From Vulcanimicrobiota bacterium (GTDB taxonomy: Bacteria; Vulcanimicrobiota; Vulcanimicrobiia; Vulcanimicrobiales; Vulcanimicrobiaceae), in contig CAWCIZ010000002.1 of NCBI GenBank assembly GCA_963795855.1, forward strand, positions 480,001 to 544,000: 64,000 nt of DNA, read 5' to 3'. The position numbers and the translations under genes were made by a program. The notes beneath the pieces are model-generated. The model saw only the letters and a list, made by a program, of their open reading frames with translations, was not told where the DNA came from and searched no databases. Of this stretch, positions 50,761 through 59,470 are shown piece by piece. Every line of letters begins with the position of its first letter. The first letter of the stretch is position 1.

Positions 50761-51165
50761 TCAGCGCCGAGACAGCGGCAGCACCGCGCGCACCGTGAAG
50801 CCGTCCCGATCGCGCCGTCCGAAGGAGACGTCCTCGCAGACCTGCTGCACGATGAACAATCCGCGGCCGGACTCCGAGCGATCGTCGGGCTCGCGCGCAA
50901 AGTGTTTATCAGCGAAGCCGCGGCCGCCGTCTTTGATGCACAGGGCAAATTTACCGTCTTGCGGTTCCAGCCATACGCGGACGCCGCCGCACGGCGCGTG
51001 CTTCACGACGTTGGAGACCAGCTCACCGTAAACGAGCATTGCGGGAAACAAGTCGCTGCCCTCGACGGTGTGATCGGAAAGATAACGTTCCAGCAAATGC
51101 CGTCCGGCCAGCGCGTCCCGCGGGCAATCGGTTTCGAAGTACCAAGGATGTTTCGCGACCGCCAT
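50761..51165 (-). CDS. HATPase_c anti-sigma-factor-like kinase (RsbW-like)
   Basis: ELVSNVVKHA, DGGRGF, ESGRGL. Confidence 0.8.
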   Translation of the reverse strand: MAVAKHPWYFETDCPRDALAGRHLLERYLSDHTVEGSDLFPAMLVYGELVSNVVKHAPCGGVRVWLEPQDGKFALCIKDGGRGFADKHFAREPDDRSESGRGLFIVQQVCEDVSFGRRDRDGFTVRAVLPLSRR

Positions 51166-51230
51166 CCTCGTTCTGGTTCCCTAGTATTGCAAGAATGACG
51201 CGAAAACGTCCGCAGTCAAACTATTGCTAC

Positions 51231-51956
51231 TTACGCAAGCAACTGGCGTAAAATCGTCGCATCGTGCGGCGCGGCGGCCAGCGTATCGTTGTTGAAGTAC
51301 ACGAAGACGTCGCGCGCTTGCTCGGATAGCCGCCGAACGCGCTTAGCCCAATACGCAAGCGATCGGCGCGGATAATTTCCTACGTATAGCCCGGTATAGC
51401 CGTGCAAACGAACGTAGGCGAGCCGGCTGCTCGTCACGACGTCCGGTGTGCGCACACCGGGATAGTCGTGCACGCAGAACGCCATATCGCGATCGCGCAA
51501 TATGCGCAAAACGTCGTCCGCCAGCCATGACGCGTTGCGAAATTCCACGACGTACCGGTATTCGGCGGGCAGCTTGTCCAAGAACGCGCGCAAGTGCCGG
51601 TCGTCGCGCTCGAGATACGGCGGAAATTGCACGAGGATCTGCGCGATCTTTTCGCGCTCGAAGCATGCGGCGCGATGCATGTAGTTTTCGATGAATTCAT
51701 CGACTCGCGCCGGCAGCGTTTTCCGGTGCGTGACGAGGCGGCTGAGCTTGACGGTGTAGAGAAAACCGTCAGGAACGGCTTCGCACCAGCGTTTGACCTG
51801 CTCCGGTTTCGGAAGCCGATATGTGGTCGCGTTGAGCTCGACGGTGTCGAAGTGCTGCGCGTAGTACTGCAGCCAGCGCGATTGCGGCACGCCTTTCGGA
51901 TAGAACCGCCCGCGCCAGTCGCCGTAAACCCAACCGCTGGTGCCGATGCGCAGCAA
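51231..51956 (-). CDS. DUF72 family protein
   Basis: IGTSGW, TVELNATTY, QFPP, EFRNASW, YVRLHG, YFNN. Confidence 0.92.
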   Translation of the reverse strand: MLRIGTSGWVYGDWRGRFYPKGVPQSRWLQYYAQHFDTVELNATTYRLPKPEQVKRWCEAVPDGFLYTVKLSRLVTHRKTLPARVDEFIENYMHRAACFEREKIAQILVQFPPYLERDDRHLRAFLDKLPAEYRYVVEFRNASWLADDVLRILRDRDMAFCVHDYPGVRTPDVVTSSRLAYVRLHGYTGLYVGNYPRRSLAYWAKRVRRLSEQARDVFVYFNNDTLAAAPHDATILRQLLA

Positions 51957-51958
51957 GT

Positions 51959-52459
51959 CTAAGTCGGAATCCCGACTCGATCGGTCTCGTCTTTGATCGC
52001 TGCGGGCAACAAATCGCGAATGCCCGTCAGGATCGTCCCGACTTCTTCGCGATGCCGCGTCGCCATTGCCGCAGTAGACGAATATGCATGCGCTCGCGCA
52101 GTCGTTTCGAGCATGAGGGCCGCTGCATCCGTCAGGCTCAGGGCGGTGTAGCAGTTGCGCAACGCACGCGCGGGCGATCGCGGGCGCAGGCGCGCAGCGG
52201 CGGCCTTCACCAATTCGCTCGCAAGCGCATCGCTCTCCGGCGTCTGGGTCGTTGCTCCGCCCAAGCGCCGAAGATGTTCGCGCAGTTCCTGGATATGAGC
52301 GCGCAACGTCCGGTCGATGCGCTCGAGCACCCATCGCGCTTCGGGAAAATCCGCCGCCGCCGGCGAGCGCACCTCGACGGCAACGGCATCCAGGACCGCT
52401 TGGTTTGCAGCGACCATGTCGGCTACGTGCGCTCGTATTTCGAGGATGTCGTTTCCCAT
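51959..52459 (-). CDS. Hypothetical protein, ferritin-like four-helix candidate
   Basis: Helical ORF with an SD-like GAGG; RNCYTALS...MLETTA pattern. Confidence 0.55.
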   Translation of the reverse strand: MGNDILEIRAHVADMVAANQAVLDAVAVEVRSPAAADFPEARWVLERIDRTLRAHIQELREHLRRLGGATTQTPESDALASELVKAAAARLRPRSPARALRNCYTALSLTDAAALMLETTARAHAYSSTAAMATRHREEVGTILTGIRDLLPAAIKDETDRVGIPT

Positions 52460-52624
52460 TAGTCGCCTCGGAGATAGAAAGATTGCCCCAGCAACCCGCG
52501 CGCAAACCTTGCGGGCGGGGAAGCAACCGTAGACTTTCGGCCTCCAGCGGCCGCGGCACGGGAATGGAAGCCACCCCCGACTGAGAACACGGCTTAATGC
52601 GAATAACGGCACCGCCGCCCTGAC

Positions 52625-54346
52625 ATGCGCTACGTCGAAACCGAGAACGGATATCGCGTCGACGTCGGGCGCGTGTCGCTCAACCAAAGTTCGTTCCTCC
52701 TGCTCGCCGCAATCGTGGTGGGTATCGGCGGCGGCTATGGCGCCGTTGCTTTTCGCTATCTGATCCTCGGAGAGCAATATCTGGCATTCCGGCACTTCGC
52801 GCCGGCGCTTCACGCGCTGGGACGGGCGCAAGTCGTGCCGGTCCTCATCGTCGGCGGTATCGTCACGGCGTTCATCGTGAACCGGTTCGCGAGTGAAGCG
52901 AAAGGCCACGGCGTGCCCGAGGTGATGGCGGCGGTCGCGCTTGCGGGCGGCGTGATGCGGCCGCGCGTCATTGCGGTAAAAAGCATCGCTTCCGCGACGT
53001 GCATCGGTTTCGGCGGAAGCTGCGGACGCGAAGGCCCGATCGTCCAAATCGGATCGACGATCGGTTCGGTGCTCGGTCAAGTGGTGCGCGCGCCCGCGCC
53101 GATCGTACGAACGCTCGTGGCATGCGGCGCCGCCGCCGGAATCTCCGCGACGTTCAACGCGCCGATCGGCGGCGTGTTTTTTGCGAGCGAAGTGATTCTC
53201 GGCGATTTCGCGCCGCGTTCATTCGCGACGATTGTCGTCGCGAGCGTCGTGGCAGCGGTGATCGGCCGCGCGCACTTCGGCAACCATCCCTCGTTCACGG
53301 CTTCGGCATTCTATCTGGTATCGCCGGCAGAACTCGGTTTGTACGCGCTGCTGGGTATCGTAGCGGCGCTTTGGGCCGCGGGATTCGTGCGTCTTCTGTA
53401 CTTCGTGGAAGACCGCTTCGAAGCGGCGCGCGCGTCTCCGACGCTCAAAGCGGCGCTCGGTTTCGGCGCCGTCGGCGTCATCGGGATGTGGTTTCCTCAG
53501 GTTTTCGGGGTCGGATATAATCACGTCGACGCGATCCTAGCATCGCACGTCCCGGGAAGACATTCGCTGGTGCTCGCCGTGCTCAAACCGCTTGCGACCT
53601 CGCTCACGCTGGGCGCCGGGGGCAGCGGCGGCGTTTTCGCTCCGTCCCTGTTCACCGGCGCGATGCTCGGCAACGCGTTCGGAACGGTCGCGCACGGCAT
53701 GTTCCCATCCTGGACGGCGTCATCGCCTGCCTACGGGCTCGTCGGTATGGCCGCCGTATTTGCCGCGGCGGCGGAAGCGCCGATTACGGCGATCACCATC
53801 GTGTTCGAAATGTCGAACGACTACACGATCATTCTGCCGCTGATGGTTTGCACGGTCATCGCAACGCTGCTCGGACGCCGCCTTCTCGGCAACACGATTT
53901 ACGAGATGAAGCTCGTGCGGCGCGGCATAGACTGGGCGCGCCTGCGCCGGCCGCGTCCGCTCGCGCAGGTGCGCGTCTCCACCGTGGAGCACGCGCCGCC
54001 GGTGGTCGCGACGCCGGACGAACTGGTCCGCGATATCGCTGCGAAGCTGCGCGATACGCCGGAATTCGTGGTGCCGGTTTGCCGCGACGGACGTTTTCTG
54101 GGCGTCGTGCTGGCATCCGATCTCGCCGCCGAGTCCGCTGTGAACCCGCTCGCGACCGTAGCGCACTCTATGCGATCCGTGCCGGCGGTACTCTCGCGCG
54201 CCGATACGCTCGAGCAGGCTGCGACCGCCATGGCGGATCCGGACGTGCCGCTGCTGCCGATTGTGGAAAGCGCGACCGGAAAGTTGCTCGGCATCGTCAC
54301 CCGGCGCGACGTTTTGAATGCGTACCGGGATATGGCCGGCGCGTAA
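52625..54346 (+). CDS. ClC chloride channel/transporter with CBS domains
   Basis: GHGVPE, GREGP, FNAP, GGVFAP, FEMS, C-terminal CBS (LGIVTRRD). Confidence 0.93.
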   Translation: MRYVETENGYRVDVGRVSLNQSSFLLLAAIVVGIGGGYGAVAFRYLILGEQYLAFRHFAPALHALGRAQVVPVLIVGGIVTAFIVNRFASEAKGHGVPEVMAAVALAGGVMRPRVIAVKSIASATCIGFGGSCGREGPIVQIGSTIGSVLGQVVRAPAPIVRTLVACGAAAGISATFNAPIGGVFFASEVILGDFAPRSFATIVVASVVAAVIGRAHFGNHPSFTASAFYLVSPAELGLYALLGIVAALWAAGFVRLLYFVEDRFEAARASPTLKAALGFGAVGVIGMWFPQVFGVGYNHVDAILASHVPGRHSLVLAVLKPLATSLTLGAGGSGGVFAPSLFTGAMLGNAFGTVAHGMFPSWTASSPAYGLVGMAAVFAAAAEAPITAITIVFEMSNDYTIILPLMVCTVIATLLGRRLLGNTIYEMKLVRRGIDWARLRRPRPLAQVRVSTVEHAPPVVATPDELVRDIAAKLRDTPEFVVPVCRDGRFLGVVLASDLAAESAVNPLATVAHSMRSVPAVLSRADTLEQAATAMADPDVPLLPIVESATGKLLGIVTRRDVLNAYRDMAGA

Positions 54347-54349
54347 CGG

Positions 54350-54913
54350 TTACGCTCCGGTGTAAAAACACGAGCCGCACATCTGCACGTACCGCGTCGT
54401 GCCTTCGATCGCGATCTGCGCGCCTTTCGTGATCCGGTTTCCCTGCTCGTCGACGCGCACGTTCATCGTCGCCTTTCTGCCGCAGCCGCAGATGTTCTTC
54501 AGTTCCTCGATGCTGTCAGCGAGGGTAAGCAGATACGCAGCGCCGGGAAACGGTTCGCCTTGAAAATCGCTGCGTATGCCGTAGCAAATCACCGGGATGT
54601 TCAGGACGTGCGCGACGCGATGAAGTTGACGTACTTGTTCCGGTTGTAGAAACTGCGCCTCGTCGAGCAGCAGGCACGAAAGGTCGCGATTGCGCGAAAA
54701 AGATGCGTAGAAGTCCGTAGCTTCGTCGAAGGTCTCGACGGAGCGCCGCGGCCCTAAGCGCGAGGTGACCACGCCGTGACCGTACCGGTCGTCGATCGCG
54801 GCGGTAAAAATCGCGACGCGGCGGCCATTTTCTTCGTAATTATTCGCGACTTGCAGAAGCGCGGTCGACTTGCCCGCGTTCATCGCGGAATAGCGGAAGT
54901 AGAGTTTTGCCAT
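54350..54913 (-). CDS. tdk: Thymidine kinase
   Basis: YSAMNAGKST, DEAQFL, YGIRSDF, ICGCGRKA. Confidence 0.95.
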   Translation of the reverse strand: MAKLYFRYSAMNAGKSTALLQVANNYEENGRRVAIFTAAIDDRYGHGVVTSRLGPRRSVETFDEATDFYASFSRNRDLSCLLLDEAQFLQPEQVRQLHRVAHVLNIPVICYGIRSDFQGEPFPGAAYLLTLADSIEELKNICGCGRKATMNVRVDEQGNRITKGAQIAIEGTTRYVQMCGSCFYTGA

Positions 54914-54956
54914 GAGCGACGCCACGTTTTCGGCGCCGCCCCTCAAAATCGTTTCG

Positions 54957-55736
54957 CTAGTTCGACGGTGGCGGCGTACAGCCGACGACCGGAAGCGGCG
55001 TCGGCGCGGGCGCCGGCGGTGGGACTGCGGGCGGTATTGCGGGCATCAGCGGGGACGACGACACTGCCGTGGAGTGACCGTGCGCCGCAAGAAGCGCAAC
55101 GATCGGCACCAGCAGCAGCAGCGGCCACGCGCGGAAATGGTGCGCCGGCGCGGAGCCCGTCGAAGCGGCGACGCTCGTATACGGTGCGAGCGCCGGCGCG
55201 GGTTTGGGAGCAAAAACCGCAACCGCCGGCTCTGCATCGGGCGCGAGGGTTGCGATCGGCGCGGGAGTCGCAGTGACGGGCTGCGGCGCGCGCGCAATCG
55301 CCGGAGCGGGGCGACGAAGAATCGAAAGATTTCCGCACTTGTTCGGCACGAACAATGCAACGATGCGACCCGGTTCGCGCAGATCGACTTCCCAGCCGCG
55401 CGTGCCGGCCGGTATGACGACGTCGTGAAGAACGTGGACTCGGCCGCCGCTGCGCCAGGACATCGCGTCCAAGTGCCGCGGAATCGTAACGTACGCGAGT
55501 TGCCGATCCGAAATCCGCTGCTCGAATTGCGCGTACTCGCTGGGCGTGAGCCCCAGTTCGCTGCCTGCTGCCGCGAACAGCGCGCGCTGCTTCGTGACGT
55601 CCGCCTGCAGCTGCTGCGTGGACGCCACTTGTCCGATGAGCGGAGCGGTTCCAAGCTCGGCCACCACGTGCGTCTGCGCCAGCGCCGGCGCGGGCAGCGC
55701 GGCGCACAAGAGCGCCGCTAAAATTCTTCGAATCAT
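54957..55736 (-). CDS. Exported Pro-rich hypothetical protein with a C-terminal TM
   Basis: Signal peptide, globular region ending PNKCGNLS, Pro/Ala linker, TM. Confidence 0.6.
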   Translation of the reverse strand: MIRRILAALLCAALPAPALAQTHVVAELGTAPLIGQVASTQQLQADVTKQRALFAAAGSELGLTPSEYAQFEQRISDRQLAYVTIPRHLDAMSWRSGGRVHVLHDVVIPAGTRGWEVDLREPGRIVALFVPNKCGNLSILRRPAPAIARAPQPVTATPAPIATLAPDAEPAVAVFAPKPAPALAPYTSVAASTGSAPAHHFRAWPLLLLVPIVALLAAHGHSTAVSSSPLMPAIPPAVPPPAPAPTPLPVVGCTPPPSN

Positions 55737-55778
55737 CTCACGCGGAAAATACCCGGCGGCGGGCGCAAGCTATTAGGC

Positions 55779-56396
55779 CTACCGGGCAACCGAGGGAGGA
55801 TTTTCGCGTATATTTCGTGCCACTTCGCGGTCCATCGGTCGCGCCGAGGCCGCGAGCGACTCCGCAACCCGCCGTCGATCCTCTTCGGTGCGGTTTTGGC
55901 TGAACTTGAACGAGGCGTCGATATGCGTCACCGCAATTTCGATCCCCGCGATGGCGCGCTCCAATCTCCGGATATACTCCGGATCCGCGGACTCGATCCG
56001 CCACGACTCTTCGAACCGGGCGACGACGCGCTCCACGATGCGCCGCGTTCCGGCGGCGTTGGTCACGCGCGCAACGCCCGAACAATGAACCGCCGCATAG
56101 TCCCACGTCGGAACGCTGTGCGCCGGATCGGCGTACCAGCCGGCGGAAATCATCGCATGCGGGCCGCTGAAAATCGCGAGCACGTTCTGCGCTTCCAGCT
56201 CGCGCCATTGCGGGTTCGCTTTGGCGACGTGCAGGCCGAGTTTGAGCGATTCGCCGCTTTGCAGAACGACGAAGGGCGCGTGCGTGGCGAACGGTTTGCC
56301 TTCAACCGTGGAAACGAGAATGCCGAACGGCTCGCGTTCTATAAACGCGAGCAGCGCGGCACGATCGACGATCGCGAAATCTCTCGGTACGTACAT
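55779..56396 (-). CDS. FMN-binding negative transcriptional regulator (PaiB family)
   Basis: MYVP..F, HVAKANPQW, GPHA.IS..WY, VPTWDY, KFSQN. Confidence 0.9.
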   Translation of the reverse strand: MYVPRDFAIVDRAALLAFIEREPFGILVSTVEGKPFATHAPFVVLQSGESLKLGLHVAKANPQWRELEAQNVLAIFSGPHAMISAGWYADPAHSVPTWDYAAVHCSGVARVTNAAGTRRIVERVVARFEESWRIESADPEYIRRLERAIAGIEIAVTHIDASFKFSQNRTEEDRRRVAESLAASARPMDREVARNIRENPPSVAR

Positions 56397-56453
56397 GCAC
56401 GAACCAAAACGCTGCCCGGCGCGTACGCGACCGGGCAGCGATCGATGCAGGTG

Positions 56454-56780
56454 TTAGCGGTAGCTGGGGCGCGACGAGAAACAGTCGCGGCAGTAGACCG
56501 GCTTGTCGCCGCGCGGTTGGAACGGCACCTCGGCGACGCCGCCGCACTGGCTGCACGTGGCTTTGAACATCTCGCGACGCGCACCGCCGCCGCCGCCGCC
56601 GAAGCCGCCGCCGCCGCCTCCGCTGCGTCCGCCATTCGCCGCCTTGCGGGCAGCGCGGCAATCGCCGCAGCGGCTGGGTTTGTTCGTGAAGCCTTTGCTG
56701 GCATAAAATTCCTGTTCGCTTGCGGTGAACGGGAAGCTGCGTCCGCAATCGACGCAATTCAGGGTTTCATCGGTGTACAT
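56454..56780 (-). CDS. Zinc-ribbon / CxxC-x17-CxxC protein with a Gly-rich linker
   Basis: Four CxxC pairs; EQEFY, VPFQP...PVYCRDCF; SD AGGAG. Confidence 0.88.
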   Translation of the reverse strand: MYTDETLNCVDCGRSFPFTASEQEFYASKGFTNKPSRCGDCRAARKAANGGRSGGGGGGFGGGGGGARREMFKATCSQCGGVAEVPFQPRGDKPVYCRDCFSSRPSYR

Positions 56781-56818
56781 GAGAGTCTCCTAACTCTTTT
56801 TCTTTTGATGGTGGTGAT

Positions 56819-56840
56819 ATCGGGACTCTTGACTCCCGAT
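56819..56840. other. Intergenic hairpin between infA and the zinc-ribbon gene
   Basis: ATCGGGA-N8-TCCCGAT. Confidence 0.5.
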
Positions 56841-56854
56841 GATTCCGCCGCACT

Positions 56855-57154
56855 TTACGTGCGGCGTGCCTCGCCGGCGCGGTAGCGATAAACGATGCGT
56901 CCTTTCGTCAAATCGTATGGCGAAAGTTCGACGTCCACGCGGTCGCCGGGGAGAATTTTGATGTGATGGCGGCGCAGGCGTCCCGCGATATGCGCGAGGA
57001 TGACGTGGCCGTTGTCGAGCTCGACGGAAAACGTCGTGCTCGGAAAAACTTGTTTGATGCTGCCGTAGACTTCCAGCGGAGCTTCTTTGTTGTCTTCCGC
57101 AGCGTTTGCTTTCGAAGCGCGGGGATTAACGTTGCGGCGGTTGCGGGTAGCGAT
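56855..57154 (-). CDS. infA: Translation initiation factor IF-1 with an apparent ATC start and a basic N-terminal extension (not in ORF track)
   Basis: ...[57 protein letters not shown] 8 nt before ATC. Confidence 0.92.
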   Translation of the reverse strand: MATRNRRNVNPRASKANAAEDNKEAPLEVYGSIKQVFPSTTFSVELDNGHVILAHIAGRLRRHHIKILPGDRVDVELSPYDLTKGRIVYRYRAGEARRT

Positions 57155-57176
57155 AGTCGATGCTCCTTTCTTTTCT

Positions 57177-58379
57177 TTAGCGCCTGCGGCGCGCGGTGAA
57201 AGACCGGCGAACGGGCTTGAGTTCCGCTTTGAGCGTATTCCCTATCGCCGCATCGGATAAAGCATGGTGTGCCCGCTCGACGCGCTTGCCCATCGACCGT
57301 TCGATTTGCGCGAACAGATCCGTTTCATCGTGCGAAACGAAAGTGATGGCGTCGCCGGTTTTTTGCGCGCGCGCGGTGCGGCCGATGCGGTGGATGTAGT
57401 CGGCCGGTTCGGCCGGCACGTCGTAATTGATGACGTGACCGAGATCGAGAATGTCGATGCCGCGCGCGGCAACGTCCGTCGCGACGAGCACGCGGTACCG
57501 TCCGCGTTTGAACGCGTCGAGTGCACGCGTGCGCTGCGCCTGCGAGCGATCTCCGTGAATGCGCTCCGCGCGCACGTTGTGTTTGGCGAGCGCCCCGGCC
57601 AAGCGTTCCGCGCGGGCCTTGGTGCGCGTGAAAACGAGCGCGCTGAAAATCTCATTGCCTTTGAGGAGATCGACGAGCAGATCCGTCTTCTTGTGCTGTT
57701 CGATCGCGTAAACGGACTGCGTAACCGTTTCGACCGGTGCAACGAGCGGCGTCAAGTTCACGCGTACCGGATCGTGCAGCAAGTCGTTCGCGAGATTTAC
57801 CGCCGCGCCGGCAAGGGTAGCCGTGAAAAACAACGTCTGCCTGCGAGTGCGGAGTTTGCCGATGATGCGCCTGACGGCGGGCAGGAAGCCCATGTCGAGC
57901 ATGCGATCCGCCTCGTCGAGCACGAGTAGGCCGACCCGGTCCAAACGCGCTTCGCCTTGCTGCATCAGGTCGATCAGCCGGCCGGGCGTCGCGACGATGA
58001 CTTCCGTTCCGCGATGGAACGCCTGAATTTGCGGACCGAAGCTCGCTCCGCCGTAAACGGCGGCAACGCGAAGCTGCGTGTGTTTCGCGAGGTCGCGCAA
58101 ATGCTCGGTGATTTGCTGGGCAAGTTCGCGAGTGGGCGCCAGCACGAGCGCGCTCGTCTGCCCCGTGGGCAGTTTGAGCAGAGCATCGAGCACGGGCAAG
58201 CCGAAGGCTGCAGATTTACCGCTTCCTGTAGGAGCGGTGGCGAGAATGTCGCGGCCGGCTAGTGCCGGCGGAATTGCCATGCGCTGAATCGGCGTGGCTT
58301 CCTTATACTGAAGATCTTCGACGGCGCGCAGAAGCGCCGGGCTCAGCGATAATTGGGAAAAACTAGAGATACGGACCAA
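57177..58379 (-). CDS. DEAD-box RNA helicase (RhlE-like); start TTG 58379 or ATC 58370
   Basis: [47 protein letters not shown]. Confidence 0.93.
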   Translation of the reverse strand: MVRISSFSQLSLSPALLRAVEDLQYKEATPIQRMAIPPALAGRDILATAPTGSGKSAAFGLPVLDALLKLPTGQTSALVLAPTRELAQQITEHLRDLAKHTQLRVAAVYGGASFGPQIQAFHRGTEVIVATPGRLIDLMQQGEARLDRVGLLVLDEADRMLDMGFLPAVRRIIGKLRTRRQTLFFTATLAGAAVNLANDLLHDPVRVNLTPLVAPVETVTQSVYAIEQHKKTDLLVDLLKGNEIFSALVFTRTKARAERLAGALAKHNVRAERIHGDRSQAQRTRALDAFKRGRYRVLVATDVAARGIDILDLGHVINYDVPAEPADYIHRIGRTARAQKTGDAITFVSHDETDLFAQIERSMGKRVERAHHALSDAAIGNTLKAELKPVRRSFTARRRR

Positions 58380-58440
58380 TCTTTCGACGGCGCAACTTAT
58401 CGACCACTCGAAAGATCGCGCTGGGTGAAATTACGGGGCG

Positions 58441-58469
58441 AGTGTCTCACACTTTCTCTCCCCGTGCAA
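58441..58469 (-). promoter_or_regulatory. Sigma70-type promoter of the helicase operon
   Basis: TTGCAC-N17-GACACT with an extended TG. Confidence 0.55.
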
Positions 58470-58552
58470 GAGCCAGAACCCGCCTGGGTCCGGAATGGTT
58501 GCTCCTTCCCCGGACGGACGCGCCGTCGCAGCCCCTGGGTACACTCGTTGCC

Positions 58553-59470
58553 ATGAGCGCTCCGCAGACCTTGGTCAACGCCCGCACGCAAGCGGTCCCG
58601 CTCCTCAAACGCACCTGGAGCGAGTTTCAGCGGCACAACTGCCAGTGGCTGGCAGCGGCGCTTGCCTACTTCGCCGCTTTCGCCATCGCGCCGCTGATCA
58701 TCGTCCTGGTGGAGATAGCGGGACTCGTCATCCACAACCACCATCAGGCGCTGAACGCGATCTTCGGCTACCTGCAAAAGGACGCGGGCGCGGGGGCCGG
58801 GGCGGTGCGCCAAATCGTTTCGGCGACGTTCAACGAGCCGCGCAAGGGCGTTCTCGCGGAGATTATCGGGTGGATCGTCTTCATTATCGCCGCGGTTGGT
58901 CTCTTCGGAGCGGTGCAGTTCGCGCTCAATACGGTTTGGGACGTCGTGCCGAAAAAAATGGGCTTCAAAGACGCGATCCGTCAGCGCGCCTCGAGTTTCG
59001 CGGTGATGATGCTGATAGCGCTGATCATGCTCGCGTCGATGGGCGTGAACGCGGTGCTGACGATGGCCTCCGGGTATCTCACCCACGTTTTCACGGGTTT
59101 CGCGACCCTGATGAAGATCGTCGACTTCGTCGTTTCGTTCGGCGTGGTCGGCGTCGGCTTCGCAGTGCTGTTCGAGTATTTGCCGGAGTGCCGGATCGAA
59201 TGGCGCGACGTGTGGCCCGGCGCCGCAATCACTTCGTTCTTGTTCGTCGTGGGCCAGTTTCTGCTCGGCTGGTATCTCGGGCGCGCGGGCGTGAGTTCCG
59301 GATACGGCGCCTTCGGTTCGCTCGTCGTTTTTTTGATATGGGTGAACTACTCCGCGCAAATCATGCTGTTCGGCGCGGAATTCACGCACGTGTACGCGGA
59401 ACGGCTGGGGTCGAACGGGGCGGCGAAGACCACGATCGGCGAAATTCCGGCTCGCGCCGTAGGAAGATGA
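58553..59470 (+). CDS. YihY/virulence factor BrkB family protein
   Basis: AAALAYF.AFAIAP, ALNTVW, YGAFGSL, WVNYSAQIMLFGAE. Confidence 0.92.
   Translation: MSAPQTLVNARTQAVPLLKRTWSEFQRHNCQWLAAALAYFAAFAIAPLIIVLVEIAGLVIHNHHQALNAIFGYLQKDAGAGAGAVRQIVSATFNEPRKGVLAEIIGWIVFIIAAVGLFGAVQFALNTVWDVVPKKMGFKDAIRQRASSFAVMMLIALIMLASMGVNAVLTMASGYLTHVFTGFATLMKIVDFVVSFGVVGVGFAVLFEYLPECRIEWRDVWPGAAITSFLFVVGQFLLGWYLGRAGVSSGYGAFGSLVVFLIWVNYSAQIMLFGAEFTHVYAERLGSNGAAKTTIGEIPARAVGR

Noticed and set aside
52555..52615. Fluoride (crcB) riboswitch upstream of ClC
   Set aside because: The 3' URAUGRC..CUAC element is not evident, and the channel has GHGVPE/GREGP rather than the CLC-F GNNLI/GREGT signature
56583..56625. 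(GCC)n microsatellite
   Set aside because: Simply encodes the poly-Gly linker of the zinc-ribbon protein
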